Assembly (NCBI GenBank): GCA_934747885.1
Contig: CAKVHE010000002.1
Location: 258,447-322,446 of the forward strand
Origin: an uncultured Clostridia bacterium
GTDB taxonomy: Bacteria > Bacillota > Clostridia > Christensenellales > UBA1242
Direction of reading: 5' to 3'
DNA: 64,000 nucleotides
Part shown: positions 37,306-46,217 of the stretch, one piece after another
How the letters are laid out: each line of letters opens with the position of its first letter
Position numbering within the stretch: position 1 is the first letter of the stretch
Position numbers and translations under genes: made by a program
The notes under the pieces: generated by a model
The model's input: only the letters and a program-made list of their open reading frames with translations
Databases searched by the model: none
Told to the model about the DNA's origin: nothing

Positions 37306-37334
37306 CTTGCAAAAATGTTTTTGTTGGGTTATAA
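37306..37334 (+). promoter_or_regulatory. Sigma-A-like promoter of the valS leader
   Basis: TTGCAA (37306-37311), 17-nt spacer, TATAAT (37329-37334). Confidence 0.55.
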
Positions 37335-37344
37335 TTATTACATA

Positions 37345-37546
37345 GTTTAGTTGGTTGCTTTGAGGAGTAATTTGAGATAAGTATCCCACAGAGAGCTTGC
37401 TTCGTGGCTGAAAGGGCAGGCGGGGGCAAACTAATCAAGCGAAGGTTGCAAAGCGTTAACCGTTTTTAAAGAGCAGTTGAGCAAACTGAATAAAGGTGGT
37501 ACCGCGGAAATTTTCGTCCTTTACTTTTTAGTAAAGGACTTTTTTA
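37345..37546 (+). promoter_or_regulatory. T-box leader (candidate Val specifier)
   Basis: Stem I element agagagcttgcttcgtggctgaaagg. Candidate specifier GTT (37445-37447) followed by G. Near-consensus T-box aaaggtggtaccgcgg (37492-37507). Terminator stem gtcctttact (37517-37526) / agtaaaggac (37531-37540) plus a T6 run. Confidence 0.8.
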
Positions 37547-37557
37547 TTGGAGAAAAT

Positions 37558-37767
37558 ATGAAAGCAAAGATAATTATTTCAATAATTTTAGCAAGTTTGC
37601 TGGCGTTAGATTTGCTAGTTATAATAATGGCAAAGTGGTTTTTCCCCGTCTCAGAAACGCGAGATAAATATACTGCCAAAGAACAAACTTTAAAAGTACA
37701 AAAAATAGGCTATATAGTTGCTTTTGCAATTCTGGTACTTTTTTTATTAACGAATTTGATATTTTAG
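37558..37767 (+). CDS. Small two-TM membrane protein encoded between the T-box and valS
   Basis: 69 aa. ATG 37558 follows ggaga. MKAKIIISIILASLLALDLLVIIMAKWFF ... IGYIVAFAILVLFLLTNLIF. Its stop lies 10 nt before the valS ATG. Confidence 0.5.
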   Translation: MKAKIIISIILASLLALDLLVIIMAKWFFPVSETRDKYTAKEQTLKVQKIGYIVAFAILVLFLLTNLIF

Positions 37768-37777
37768 GAGAAAATAA

Positions 37778-40411
37778 ATGAAATTACAAGGAAGTTATTC
37801 ACCACAAGATTTTGAAAATGAAATTTACGCAAAATGGCAAGATGCAAATTGCTTTAAAGCAGAAGTAAACCTAGACAAAAAACCATATACAATAATTATG
37901 CCACCACCAAACGTAACCAGCCAAGCGCATATAGGTCACGCCTTTGATATTACCTATCAAGATATTTTGTCAAGATTTCATCGCATGCAAGGCTATGAAA
38001 TGCTTTGGGTTCCGGGCGCTGACCATGCTGCCATTGCCACTGAGGTGAAAATTGTTGACAAACTTGCCAAAGAAGGCAAGACCAAAGAGCAAATTGGCAG
38101 AAAAGAATTTGATAAAGAAGCATGGGCATGGTATAACCATTATGGTGACCGCATTATGAATCAATTTAAACGTATTGGCTGCTCGGCGGATTATTCGCAT
38201 TATCGCTTTACCATGGACGAAAAAAGCACCAATGCCGTTTTAGAAGCGTTTATAAAACTATATAGCAAAGGCTTAATTTATCGCGGTATGCGTCAAACCA
38301 ACTGGTGCCCAAGTTGTGAATCGGTAATAAGTGACGACGAAGTTGTTTATAGCGACGAAAAAGATGCAATGTATCACATAAGATATCCATTTAGTGATGG
38401 CTCCGGTTATATTATTGTTGCAACCACCAGACCAGAAACCTTGTTTGGTGATACTGCTGTTGCCGTAAATCCAACTGATGAGCGTTATATGTCAATTGTT
38501 GGCAAGGAATTAAATTTGCCACTAACTGACCGCAAAATACCAATCATTGCCGATGAATATGTTGAAAAGACTTTTGGTACCGGCATGGTAAAAATTACGC
38601 CTGCGCATGACCCAAATGATTATGAAGTTGGCAAACGTCACAATTTAAAGGTGATTGAAGTTTTGGGCAAGGACGGCAAATTAAATGAAAATTGCCCTAA
38701 AAAGTATCAGGGGATAGAGGGGCTAAAGGCTCGCAAGCAAATTGAGGAAGAACTAAAAAGCCTTGGACTTTTGGAAAAAGTCGTTCCATACACTCATAGT
38801 GTAGGGCATTGTGAACGTTGCCACACTCGTATTGAACCTAGGGTAACCGAGCAATGGTTTGTTGCCATGAAAGAACTAGTTAAGCCGGCAATAAAAGCCG
38901 TAAAAACTGGCGAACTAAAAATATATCCAAAACGTTTTGAAAAGAACTATTTGCATTGGCTTGAAAATATTCGTGATTGGTGCATAAGTCGTCAAATTTG
39001 GACGGGACATCGCATACCAATTTATTATTGCGATGATTGTGGACAAGTTGTTGCATCAAAGACGGCAGTAGAGGTTTGTCCACACTGTGGAGGCAAACAC
39101 CTGCATCAAGATCCAGACGTTTTGGATACTTGGTTCTCGTCAGCACTATGGCCATTTTCAACTCTTGGTTGGCCAGAAAAGACCAAAGAAATGGAATATT
39201 TTTTCCCAACCGATTGTTTGGTTACCGCGTTTGATATTTTAACTCAATGGGTTACCAAAATGGTTTATATGAGTTATGAATGCACGGGCAAAGTTCCATT
39301 TAAAAATGTACTAATTCATGGGTTGGTTCGTGATGAACTTGGCAGAAAAATGAGTAAAAGTCTTGGCAATGGTGTTGATCCGCTAGAAATGGCCGATAAA
39401 TATGGCGCCGATGCTTTAAGACTGGCTTTGATGAAAGATATGGCAATGGGTATGGACACTCGTTTTTCGGTTTCCAAAATAGACAATGCGCGTGGCTTTA
39501 TTAACAAACTTTGGAATGCAAGCAAATTTGTTCAAATGCATATGGAGGGGCAAACCCTTAAAACAATTGACAAAGTAAAACTAGACGAAACGGATAAGTG
39601 GATACTTTGCAAACTAAATGATCTTACCAAGGTTGCTACTCAAAATCTAGAAAAATTTGATGTTGCCGTTGCACTTTCTAATATCTATAACTTTACTTGG
39701 AATGATTTTTGTGACTGGTATATTGAATTATCAAAAACTGCAATCTTTGCTGGTGGTGAACAAAAACAGGACAAAGTTAGTGTGCTAAGTTATGTGCTTG
39801 AAAATATTTTAAAACTATTGCACCCATTTATTCCGTTTGTTACTGAAAAAATCTATGATGAGGTGGAATTTTTAAACAAAGGCAAATTTATTACTCTTGA
39901 AAAATATCCGACTTATAGTAAAAAATTGGTAGACAAAAAAGCGGTGGAAGATGCCGAAAAAGTAATAGATGCCATTGTGCAAATTCGCGCACTGAAAAAA
40001 GCAAATGAGATTGCAGATAATAAATCAATAGATATGTTTGCCTCGGTAAACGATTTGACGCTGGCGCAAAAATTTGCCGAAGTAATTAAAAAGATGTGCA
40101 TAATTAAAGAGTTGACCATAAGCGAAAAAGACGAAACTAATCTTAAAAAGGGTGCACTTGCGGTAACAAAACTTGGCAATTTTTATCTAATTGAAACCGA
40201 AGAAAACAAAAAAGAACAAATTGAAAAATTAAGTAAAGAGATTGAAAAACTTAACTTCGAAATTTCTCGAAGCGAAAAGATGTTAGGCAACGAACGCTTT
40301 GTAGAAAAAGCGCCAAAAGAACTTGTTGCTGCAGAAAAAGAAAAACTACAAAGAAATAAAGATGCCTTGCTTGAGATGGAAATCAAACTAAAAGGTTTGC
40401 AAAATAACTAA
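37778..40411 (+). CDS. valS: Valine--tRNA ligase
   Basis: 877 aa. HIGH region PPPNVTSQAHIGH, KMSKSLGN, and a C-terminal coiled-coil arm. Confidence 0.95.
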   Translation: MKLQGSYSPQDFENEIYAKWQDANCFKAEVNLDKKPYTIIMPPPNVTSQAHIGHAFDITYQDILSRFHRMQGYEMLWVPGADHAAIATEVKIVDKLAKEGKTKEQIGRKEFDKEAWAWYNHYGDRIMNQFKRIGCSADYSHYRFTMDEKSTNAVLEAFIKLYSKGLIYRGMRQTNWCPSCESVISDDEVVYSDEKDAMYHIRYPFSDGSGYIIVATTRPETLFGDTAVAVNPTDERYMSIVGKELNLPLTDRKIPIIADEYVEKTFGTGMVKITPAHDPNDYEVGKRHNLKVIEVLGKDGKLNENCPKKYQGIEGLKARKQIEEELKSLGLLEKVVPYTHSVGHCERCHTRIEPRVTEQWFVAMKELVKPAIKAVKTGELKIYPKRFEKNYLHWLENIRDWCISRQIWTGHRIPIYYCDDCGQVVASKTAVEVCPHCGGKHLHQDPDVLDTWFSSALWPFSTLGWPEKTKEMEYFFPTDCLVTAFDILTQWVTKMVYMSYECTGKVPFKNVLIHGLVRDELGRKMSKSLGNGVDPLEMADKYGADALRLALMKDMAMGMDTRFSVSKIDNARGFINKLWNASKFVQMHMEGQTLKTIDKVKLDETDKWILCKLNDLTKVATQNLEKFDVAVALSNIYNFTWNDFCDWYIELSKTAIFAGGEQKQDKVSVLSYVLENILKLLHPFIPFVTEKIYDEVEFLNKGKFITLEKYPTYSKKLVDKKAVEDAEKVIDAIVQIRALKKANEIADNKSIDMFASVNDLTLAQKFAEVIKKMCIIKELTISEKDETNLKKGALAVTKLGNFYLIETEENKKEQIEKLSKEIEKLNFEISRSEKMLGNERFVEKAPKELVAAEKEKLQRNKDALLEMEIKLKGLQNN

Positions 40412-40432
40412 TTGCATATTATAATAAAAGAA

Positions 40433-42712
40433 ATGAAAACAAATGTTGAAGTAAAGACGTATTTAAAGCGTAAATTATACACAGTTTTATTATTTGTGCT
40501 ATCCTCAATTGTGATAGAGAGTTTTCTCTTTATCACTTTGGGGTTTGGCATTTTTCCAAAATATTTCTGTTTTGATTTAGCCCTTATATTGTTTTTTGCT
40601 TCAATTATTTTTATTTTGCCGTTTGGTTGGTTTCAAGATTTTTTCGTGTGTTTTGTGTTGTTTTTACAAATATTACTTGCGTTTATAAACGTGTGCATAA
40701 ACAATTCTTTAACCGATGTTTTTACCTTTGATATGTTAAGCTTGGTGGACGAAACGGCAAGGGTGTTAACTACGGATATGATACCGTTTGGCGCCTTAAT
40801 TTTTTATGTTATTTTATTTGGCCTAGATATAACTGGCGTTGTGCTATTGCATAAAATTAAAGTAAAAAAGTTTGCAAGGCGTGACGCTATAAAATTTGTA
40901 CTACGCGATATCACCATTGGCGCATTAACTTTTTGTTTTGCACTTTATTCTTTTGCAATCGTGGCATTGCCGGGCTCGAAAGGGGATGAACTTTACTATT
41001 TTTCGGATAGTATGTTGCACAACACCTTTAGTTCCAACCGCCAAAGTTTGGCAAAATTTGGATCTTGGGGTTTTTACTTTGAAGAATTTTTTAGGCGCTT
41101 TTACACAGTTGAACCACGAGTAAGGTACAGCAGAGTAGAACTGGAATCGTATGCAAATTCTAGCGAATATAACCCAAAAGATCAGCCGCTTTATGGCAAG
41201 GCCAAAGGCGACAATGTGCTTGCTATTATGATGGAGTCGTTTGAATGGTATGTTATAAATCCGGAACTAACGCCAACTTTATATGCTTTGGCGCGTGGTT
41301 ACAATTTTGGCACCAAAGCTGATGGCTATAAAAACTTTAATTTTTATGAGTTTAGTAAAGATGAAGATGGCTTTACAGTGCTTGATCGCACCGACTACGA
41401 TTATAACGAAACGGGAAAAAAGTATATAAAAAATTTAATTGAACTATTTAATGATGAATCTCTTTTTGATAACTTTGGCTTGCATTTAACCAACTATTAT
41501 TCAAAAGCGAAAACCGATTATTCAGAAGCAAGTGTAATTTTGGGCAACTATCCATACAACGAAAGCTTTACCACGCATGGTGGGGTGTTTGGGTATAGTT
41601 CAAAAAACTTGTATGAAGACATAAGTTATGAGTTTACTCTTCCAAATTTGCTAAAAAGCAGTGGGGCGGTAGATGTTGCCAACTATATGCACGGATATAT
41701 TTCCACCTTTTATGGTAGAGATAAACTTATTCCACAATTTGGTTTTGATAATAGTTTGTTTTTGGATCAAATGTCATCAAAAATAGAAACGCAAAATCGC
41801 TTGTCGCATTGTGCAAAAGATAGTCAAATTATGGATTATTACTTAAACATTGCACAAAACTCATTTATGCCAAAGGATAAAAAGTTTTTGAGTTTTTATA
41901 CTTCGGTAACTACACATGGGGAATATAGTGAGAATCCACTTTTAACAAAGCATTATGAGTTTGTAGATTCTATAGATTATTTTGGCAAAACGGTGGATGG
42001 CACCAATAACGCAGACATAAGCGAGCAGCGTGCAAGCGAGGTGCGCACTTATATGGCGTCAGCGCTAGACCTAGAATATGCAGTCACAATTGCCCTAAAA
42101 TACCTTATGGACAACGATATGTTCGAAAATACTACCATTGCTATGTATGCCGACCATCAAGCATATTATGATGGTTTGGATGTGGAATACAAAGGTAAAT
42201 ACTTTTCAAACAATCCAAAATATAAGTCTTCGCCAATTTGTTTTGAAAACGCAACTTCGTATAATGATGATTATTCAATAATTAGCCAAGACCGCTTTAA
42301 GGTTCCTGCCTTTATTTATTCAACCAAAATTACCAATGAGGTGGTTGGCGGAAAGGAAGGGCATAACATAACCAAACTTACTTGTGCGTTTGATTTAACC
42401 ACAACAATTTTCAACTTGCTGGGCGTCGATTACATCTCAAGTTATTATATGGGTTATCCGGTAATCTGTAAAACGCAGAATGCCTTAGGAGAAGTTGTTG
42501 ACCTTGGTGTAAAATCAATTATTTCGCCAACAGGTGGTATTTTTGATTTGTATATCTATACTGAAGACGGGGTTAGTATAAAGTATGCAAAAAAATCAAT
42601 TGACAAAACAGAATACGCAAAAAGCTTTTCGTATGAAGTTGTAAAACAACTAGAAAGGTGGTACAAAATTTCCGCGCTTTACAATTATGACATGCTAAGA
42701 TACAATAAGTAA
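40433..42712 (+). CDS. LtaS-like sulfatase-family membrane protein (alkaline-phosphatase superfamily)
   Basis: Start at ATG 40433. About five N-terminal TM helices, then an ectodomain with VLAIMMESFEW, a KTDYSEAS candidate Thr-nucleophile segment and MYADHQAYY. This resembles lipoteichoic-acid synthase / phosphoglycerol transferase enzymes. Confidence 0.55.
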   Translation: MKTNVEVKTYLKRKLYTVLLFVLSSIVIESFLFITLGFGIFPKYFCFDLALILFFASIIFILPFGWFQDFFVCFVLFLQILLAFINVCINNSLTDVFTFDMLSLVDETARVLTTDMIPFGALIFYVILFGLDITGVVLLHKIKVKKFARRDAIKFVLRDITIGALTFCFALYSFAIVALPGSKGDELYYFSDSMLHNTFSSNRQSLAKFGSWGFYFEEFFRRFYTVEPRVRYSRVELESYANSSEYNPKDQPLYGKAKGDNVLAIMMESFEWYVINPELTPTLYALARGYNFGTKADGYKNFNFYEFSKDEDGFTVLDRTDYDYNETGKKYIKNLIELFNDESLFDNFGLHLTNYYSKAKTDYSEASVILGNYPYNESFTTHGGVFGYSSKNLYEDISYEFTLPNLLKSSGAVDVANYMHGYISTFYGRDKLIPQFGFDNSLFLDQMSSKIETQNRLSHCAKDSQIMDYYLNIAQNSFMPKDKKFLSFYTSVTTHGEYSENPLLTKHYEFVDSIDYFGKTVDGTNNADISEQRASEVRTYMASALDLEYAVTIALKYLMDNDMFENTTIAMYADHQAYYDGLDVEYKGKYFSNNPKYKSSPICFENATSYNDDYSIISQDRFKVPAFIYSTKITNEVVGGKEGHNITKLTCAFDLTTTIFNLLGVDYISSYYMGYPVICKTQNALGEVVDLGVKSIISPTGGIFDLYIYTEDGVSIKYAKKSIDKTEYAKSFSYEVVKQLERWYKISALYNYDMLRYNK

Positions 42713-42721
42713 ATTTAACAT

Positions 42722-42755
42722 AAAAAAACAACCGATATAGTTCGGTTGTTTTTTG
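42722..42755. terminator. Bidirectional terminator between convergent genes
   Basis: Stem acaaccga (42728-42735) / tcggttgt (42742-42749), flanked by an A7 run and a T6 run. Confidence 0.8.
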
Positions 42756-42756
42756 C

Positions 42757-43008
42757 TTATAAATTATTTTTTTGTTTGTAGTCTTCTAACGCTTTTGTTA
42801 GTTGGTCAGGGCAGGATGTGCCGTTACGGCATTGAATGCCTTTTAATTTAGCAATAACATCATCAATTTCCATACCTTGCACTAGTTTTGAAATGCCTTG
42901 TGAGTTGCCTGAGCATCCGCCAATAACTTTCAAACTTTTAATTTTGTTTCCATCAAAATCTAGCAAAAATTGTCTGGCGCAAATGCCTTTTGGATAATAA
43001 CTAAACAT
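42757..43008 (-). CDS. TSCPD-domain small protein (TIGR03905-like)
   Basis: 83 aa. GGCSGNSQGISKLVQGMEIDDVIAKLKGIQCRNGTSCPDQL carries the TSCPD signature. Confidence 0.7.
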   Translation of the reverse strand: MFSYYPKGICARQFLLDFDGNKIKSLKVIGGCSGNSQGISKLVQGMEIDDVIAKLKGIQCRNGTSCPDQLTKALEDYKQKNNL

Positions 43009-43021
43009 TGTTGTCCCCCTT

Positions 43022-43552
43022 TTAATTTAATAGAATATCATAAATACTTGCATAAACTTTGCTTGCACTGGTTTGCCAAATTTGTTGCAATTCTTTGGCG
43101 GTGTCTTGTTCTTGCACATTAAGTTTTAGTTCTAGTTTGGTAGTGTTAAAGTCAATTATTTTTAAAATTACCGTGTAAGACCCATCATTGTTTTTAAAGC
43201 AATCGCTAAAATACTCTTGTTTACGTTTGGTGCTAAGTTGGTTGGCTTTAATGTATTCGCAAATGTTGTCGCGTAGGCTGGTTGGAATTTCATTATAAAA
43301 GAACGACAAGCACGAATGACCTTCGGCAGTAATAGAATAGTATTTTATGTTGCTAGAAGCGCGCTTTTCTTGGATGTAGCCAGATTTTACTAGTTCGCTT
43401 AATGCGATTTTGCAAGTAAAGTAGGTAAGCCATTTGTTTTGATAGTAACACATATCAAATAAACTATCTTCGGTTAGATCGCACTCCATTTTTTCGAGAA
43501 CAAATAGCAAGATCAGTTTGCCGGTTGTTTCATCGCTTTCATATTCAATCAT
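43022..43552 (-). CDS. DUF4364-like putative winged-helix protein
   Basis: 176 aa. The layout KLILLFVLEKMECDLTEDSLFDMC...LSELVKSGYIQEK resembles DUF4364 proteins of Clostridia, recalled from memory. Confidence 0.45.
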   Translation of the reverse strand: MIEYESDETTGKLILLFVLEKMECDLTEDSLFDMCYYQNKWLTYFTCKIALSELVKSGYIQEKRASSNIKYYSITAEGHSCLSFFYNEIPTSLRDNICEYIKANQLSTKRKQEYFSDCFKNNDGSYTVILKIIDFNTTKLELKLNVQEQDTAKELQQIWQTSASKVYASIYDILLN

Positions 43553-43691
43553 TGCGTTGCTCCTTTAATTTCCTTAATATTATACCAAACTTTACCACAA
43601 ATTGAAATAGTTTTTGAAAAATTTATTTGACAAAAATGGTTTTAATTTTTACACTAAATATGGTAAAATAGGTATAGTGAGGAAAGATGAA

Positions 43692-44399
43692 ATGGCAAAA
43701 GAAAATGCTCTAAAAAGTTTTGAAAATGCTTGTGATAATTTGGTAAAAAGTAAGTATGTTTTAATAGATAAATCAATAAGTGAAATACTTAAAACTATCG
43801 CGCAAAATCAAGATTTGTACAACTACTTGGCGGTAAGTGTTCTTAATTACAATTTTTTAAAAGATTATAAAAAAGCGGTTTCGGTGGACGGCCAATTTTT
43901 GGTTCCGGAAAGCAAAGAACAAAACATTGCCTTTTGTTTTTGTCTTTTAAATAGCATTGATTCGCGCAAGATAAATATCACTAGCTTGATAGATAACCAC
44001 TTTTCAAAAGATGGAATAGAGGGGTTTGATTTGTTTTGTGAAAAAATTATTTTGCCGTTTAAGCGCAATTTAAGTGAGTGCTATTTAAGCGATAATATCC
44101 CTAATGCAAGCGATGAAATTGAACAAAAAATAGAAGCAAATTTTGCTCTAAGTGTAGAGGTAAAACAACGTTTGCAATACCTTTTAAATGAACTAATTTC
44201 GTCCGTAATAAACTTGAAGCGTATAGATACCATTCATAAAAATGACGTCTGTTTTGCACTAAAAATGGGGGTCGAGTGTTTAATCAAGGACGATGTTTCG
44301 ACCGCTTATGGGCTGTTTTTGATTGTTATATACGATACTAAGGTTTACAAAAAGTTGAAAAATCAAATTTTGGAGATAAAACAACTTTTTAATAATTAA
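43692..44399 (+). CDS. Hypothetical protein
   Basis: ORF with ATG 43692 after gtgaggaaag. Helical, Leu/Lys/Asn-rich. No family recognised. Confidence 0.4.
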   Translation: MAKENALKSFENACDNLVKSKYVLIDKSISEILKTIAQNQDLYNYLAVSVLNYNFLKDYKKAVSVDGQFLVPESKEQNIAFCFCLLNSIDSRKINITSLIDNHFSKDGIEGFDLFCEKIILPFKRNLSECYLSDNIPNASDEIEQKIEANFALSVEVKQRLQYLLNELISSVINLKRIDTIHKNDVCFALKMGVECLIKDDVSTAYGLFLIVIYDTKVYKKLKNQILEIKQLFNN

Positions 44400-44483
44400 A
44401 AATGCAGGCGCCAAATTTTTAGCTAAATTGCTCTCTAAAAATTAAATTTTTTTGGCAAAAATTTAGTGCACATTGAAACCAAT

Positions 44484-44515
44484 TAAACAAAAAAAATTGC
44501 TGACAAAGTCAGCAA
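44484..44515 (-). terminator. Rho-independent terminator downstream of tRNA-Glu
   Basis: Stem attgctgac (44492-44500) / gtcagcaat (44504-44512). On the minus strand it is followed by a T8 run (A8 at 44484-44491). Confidence 0.75.
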
Positions 44516-44519
44516 TTGA

Positions 44520-44594
44520 TGGTACCACCACGGGGATTCGAACCCCGATTACCAGCGTGAGAGGCTAGCGTCCTAACCCTTAGACGATGATGGC
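44520..44594 (-). tRNA. tRNA-Glu (anticodon CTC), CCA encoded
   Basis: The reverse complement reads GCCATCA-TC-GTCT-AAGGGTTA-GGAC-G-CTAGC-CT[CTC]AC-GCTGG-TAAT-CGGGG-TTCGAAT-CCCCG-TGGTGGT-A-CCA. The TCGTCTAAGGG D-arm is typical of tRNA-Glu. Confidence 0.85.
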
Positions 44595-44610
44595 ATCTAA
44601 ACTAAAAAAG

Positions 44611-44639
44611 AGTATAACACATAAATTTACAAATTGCAA
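44611..44639 (-). promoter_or_regulatory. Sigma-A-like promoter of tRNA-Glu
   Basis: On the minus strand: TTGCAA (44639-44634), 17-nt spacer, TATACT (44616-44611), with a TGn extension. Confidence 0.55.
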
Positions 44640-44654
44640 TAAAAATTTTGACTT

Positions 44655-46169
44655 ATGAAAAAATGGTTTAATATACGAATCGTGGTTTTGCTATTGCTTT
44701 CACTAATTTATGGCAACTTTCTCGTTTATTCAATTTATTTGAAAAACGTAACGCTTGCCATAATTTTATTTGTTAGTAGTATTCTATTTTTTGGCTTTTA
44801 TCTGCTACTTGCAAAAGCAAATTTATCTGTAATAATAAAAGAACATTACAAAAAGTTTATTGCTATGTTGATAGCTTTTCTAGTTGGTGGTGCGTCGCTT
44901 GCAATAAAAGTAAATGTATATAAGTCTAGTGCAGAAAGTATTGATGATGCTACATTTGTTGGGGTAGTTGAAAGTGTGGACGAGTATGATGGTAACACTA
45001 GGCTGATTTTAAGGAATATAACAAACTACGCTACTGGCAAAAGTTTTAGAGGTGTGGTTGCTGTTTATGTTTATGGAGATAACAGTACTAGCAAGTTTGA
45101 TGTAGTTAAAGTAAGTGGGAAATATAAAGCCTACGAATATAAATCAGAAAAAGGTATTTCTAAACTTTTAAGTAGCAACCAAGTCGGAACCATGAGTACT
45201 AGCAGCAGAAAGGTGGAGTTTATAGAAAGAGAGAAAAGTCCACGTAGTGCAATTGTAACAAAGGTTGAACAAACATTAAAAGAAACCATGCCTACCGAAA
45301 ATGCAAGCATCGCAATAGGTATGTTGTTTGGGGATAAGTCTGGAATTGCAGAAGACACAATGGGAGATTTTAAAACGGTTGGTGTAGCCCACTTGTTTGC
45401 TGTTTCTGGTTTGCATATTGGCTTTTTGTTTTTAATTGTAAATTTTATTTGTAGTAAACTATTTAAAAATAAATACCTGAGCACATTGTTAATTTTTTGT
45501 ACCATGCTTGGTTACGCCTATCTTTGTGATTTTTCGCCGTCCGTTTGTCGCGCGGTAATTATGAATAGCGTTTTGATGCTTGCAACTCTTACGGGTCGGC
45601 AGTACGATGGGCTAACTTCACTTGCAACGGCGGGCATTATTATCTTGCTTATTGATCCCGCCGACTTGTATCGTGCTAGTTTTGTGTTAAGTTTTATGGT
45701 GGTACTTGCAATCTTTGAGTTTAACCCAATAATTGCAAACACAAAAATTATGAAGGCGTGTCCGCCTAAAATTGCATCTAGTTTGTCAATGGGTATAAGT
45801 TCACAAGTTGGCTCGTTGCCAATTATGTTGTATTATTTTAAAAGTACTTCGTTTGTTTCGGTGTTCGCAAATTTTTACATAATACCGGTTGCAACAATAA
45901 CTTATATTTTTATAATGGTGGCATTGCCGGTGGTAATCTTAATGCCTTTTATGTCTTTTGTTATGTGGGTGCCAAATGTGCTTTTGTCGTTTATTTCATT
46001 TTTGGCAAACGTGTTTAGCTCAAGCCCTTTGCAAGTAAATATGTCGCTTACGGCAATGTGGGTAATTGCTATTTATGCGCTGCTATTTTTGTCCAGTGAA
46101 TATAGTTTTTTAAAGAAGAAATATATTTATTTTTCTATCGCGAGTGTATTAGTTTTGTGTTTTGTTTAA
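44655..46169 (+). CDS. comEC: ComEC/Rec2-family channel protein, short form without the metallo-beta-lactamase domain
   Basis: 504 aa. N-terminal TMs plus an OB-like insert (VGVVESVDEYDGNTRLIL...VVAVYVYG). Competence-domain core GDKSGIAEDTMGDFKTVGVAHLFAVSGLHIGFLF. It ends after the membrane domain. Confidence 0.8.
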   Translation: MKKWFNIRIVVLLLLSLIYGNFLVYSIYLKNVTLAIILFVSSILFFGFYLLLAKANLSVIIKEHYKKFIAMLIAFLVGGASLAIKVNVYKSSAESIDDATFVGVVESVDEYDGNTRLILRNITNYATGKSFRGVVAVYVYGDNSTSKFDVVKVSGKYKAYEYKSEKGISKLLSSNQVGTMSTSSRKVEFIEREKSPRSAIVTKVEQTLKETMPTENASIAIGMLFGDKSGIAEDTMGDFKTVGVAHLFAVSGLHIGFLFLIVNFICSKLFKNKYLSTLLIFCTMLGYAYLCDFSPSVCRAVIMNSVLMLATLTGRQYDGLTSLATAGIIILLIDPADLYRASFVLSFMVVLAIFEFNPIIANTKIMKACPPKIASSLSMGISSQVGSLPIMLYYFKSTSFVSVFANFYIIPVATITYIFIMVALPVVILMPFMSFVMWVPNVLLSFISFLANVFSSSPLQVNMSLTAMWVIAIYALLFLSSEYSFLKKKYIYFSIASVLVLCFV

Positions 46170-46217
46170 ATGTAACTAGACAAAATGAAAAAAGTGTGTA
46201 AAATAGGAGTAGTAGAT

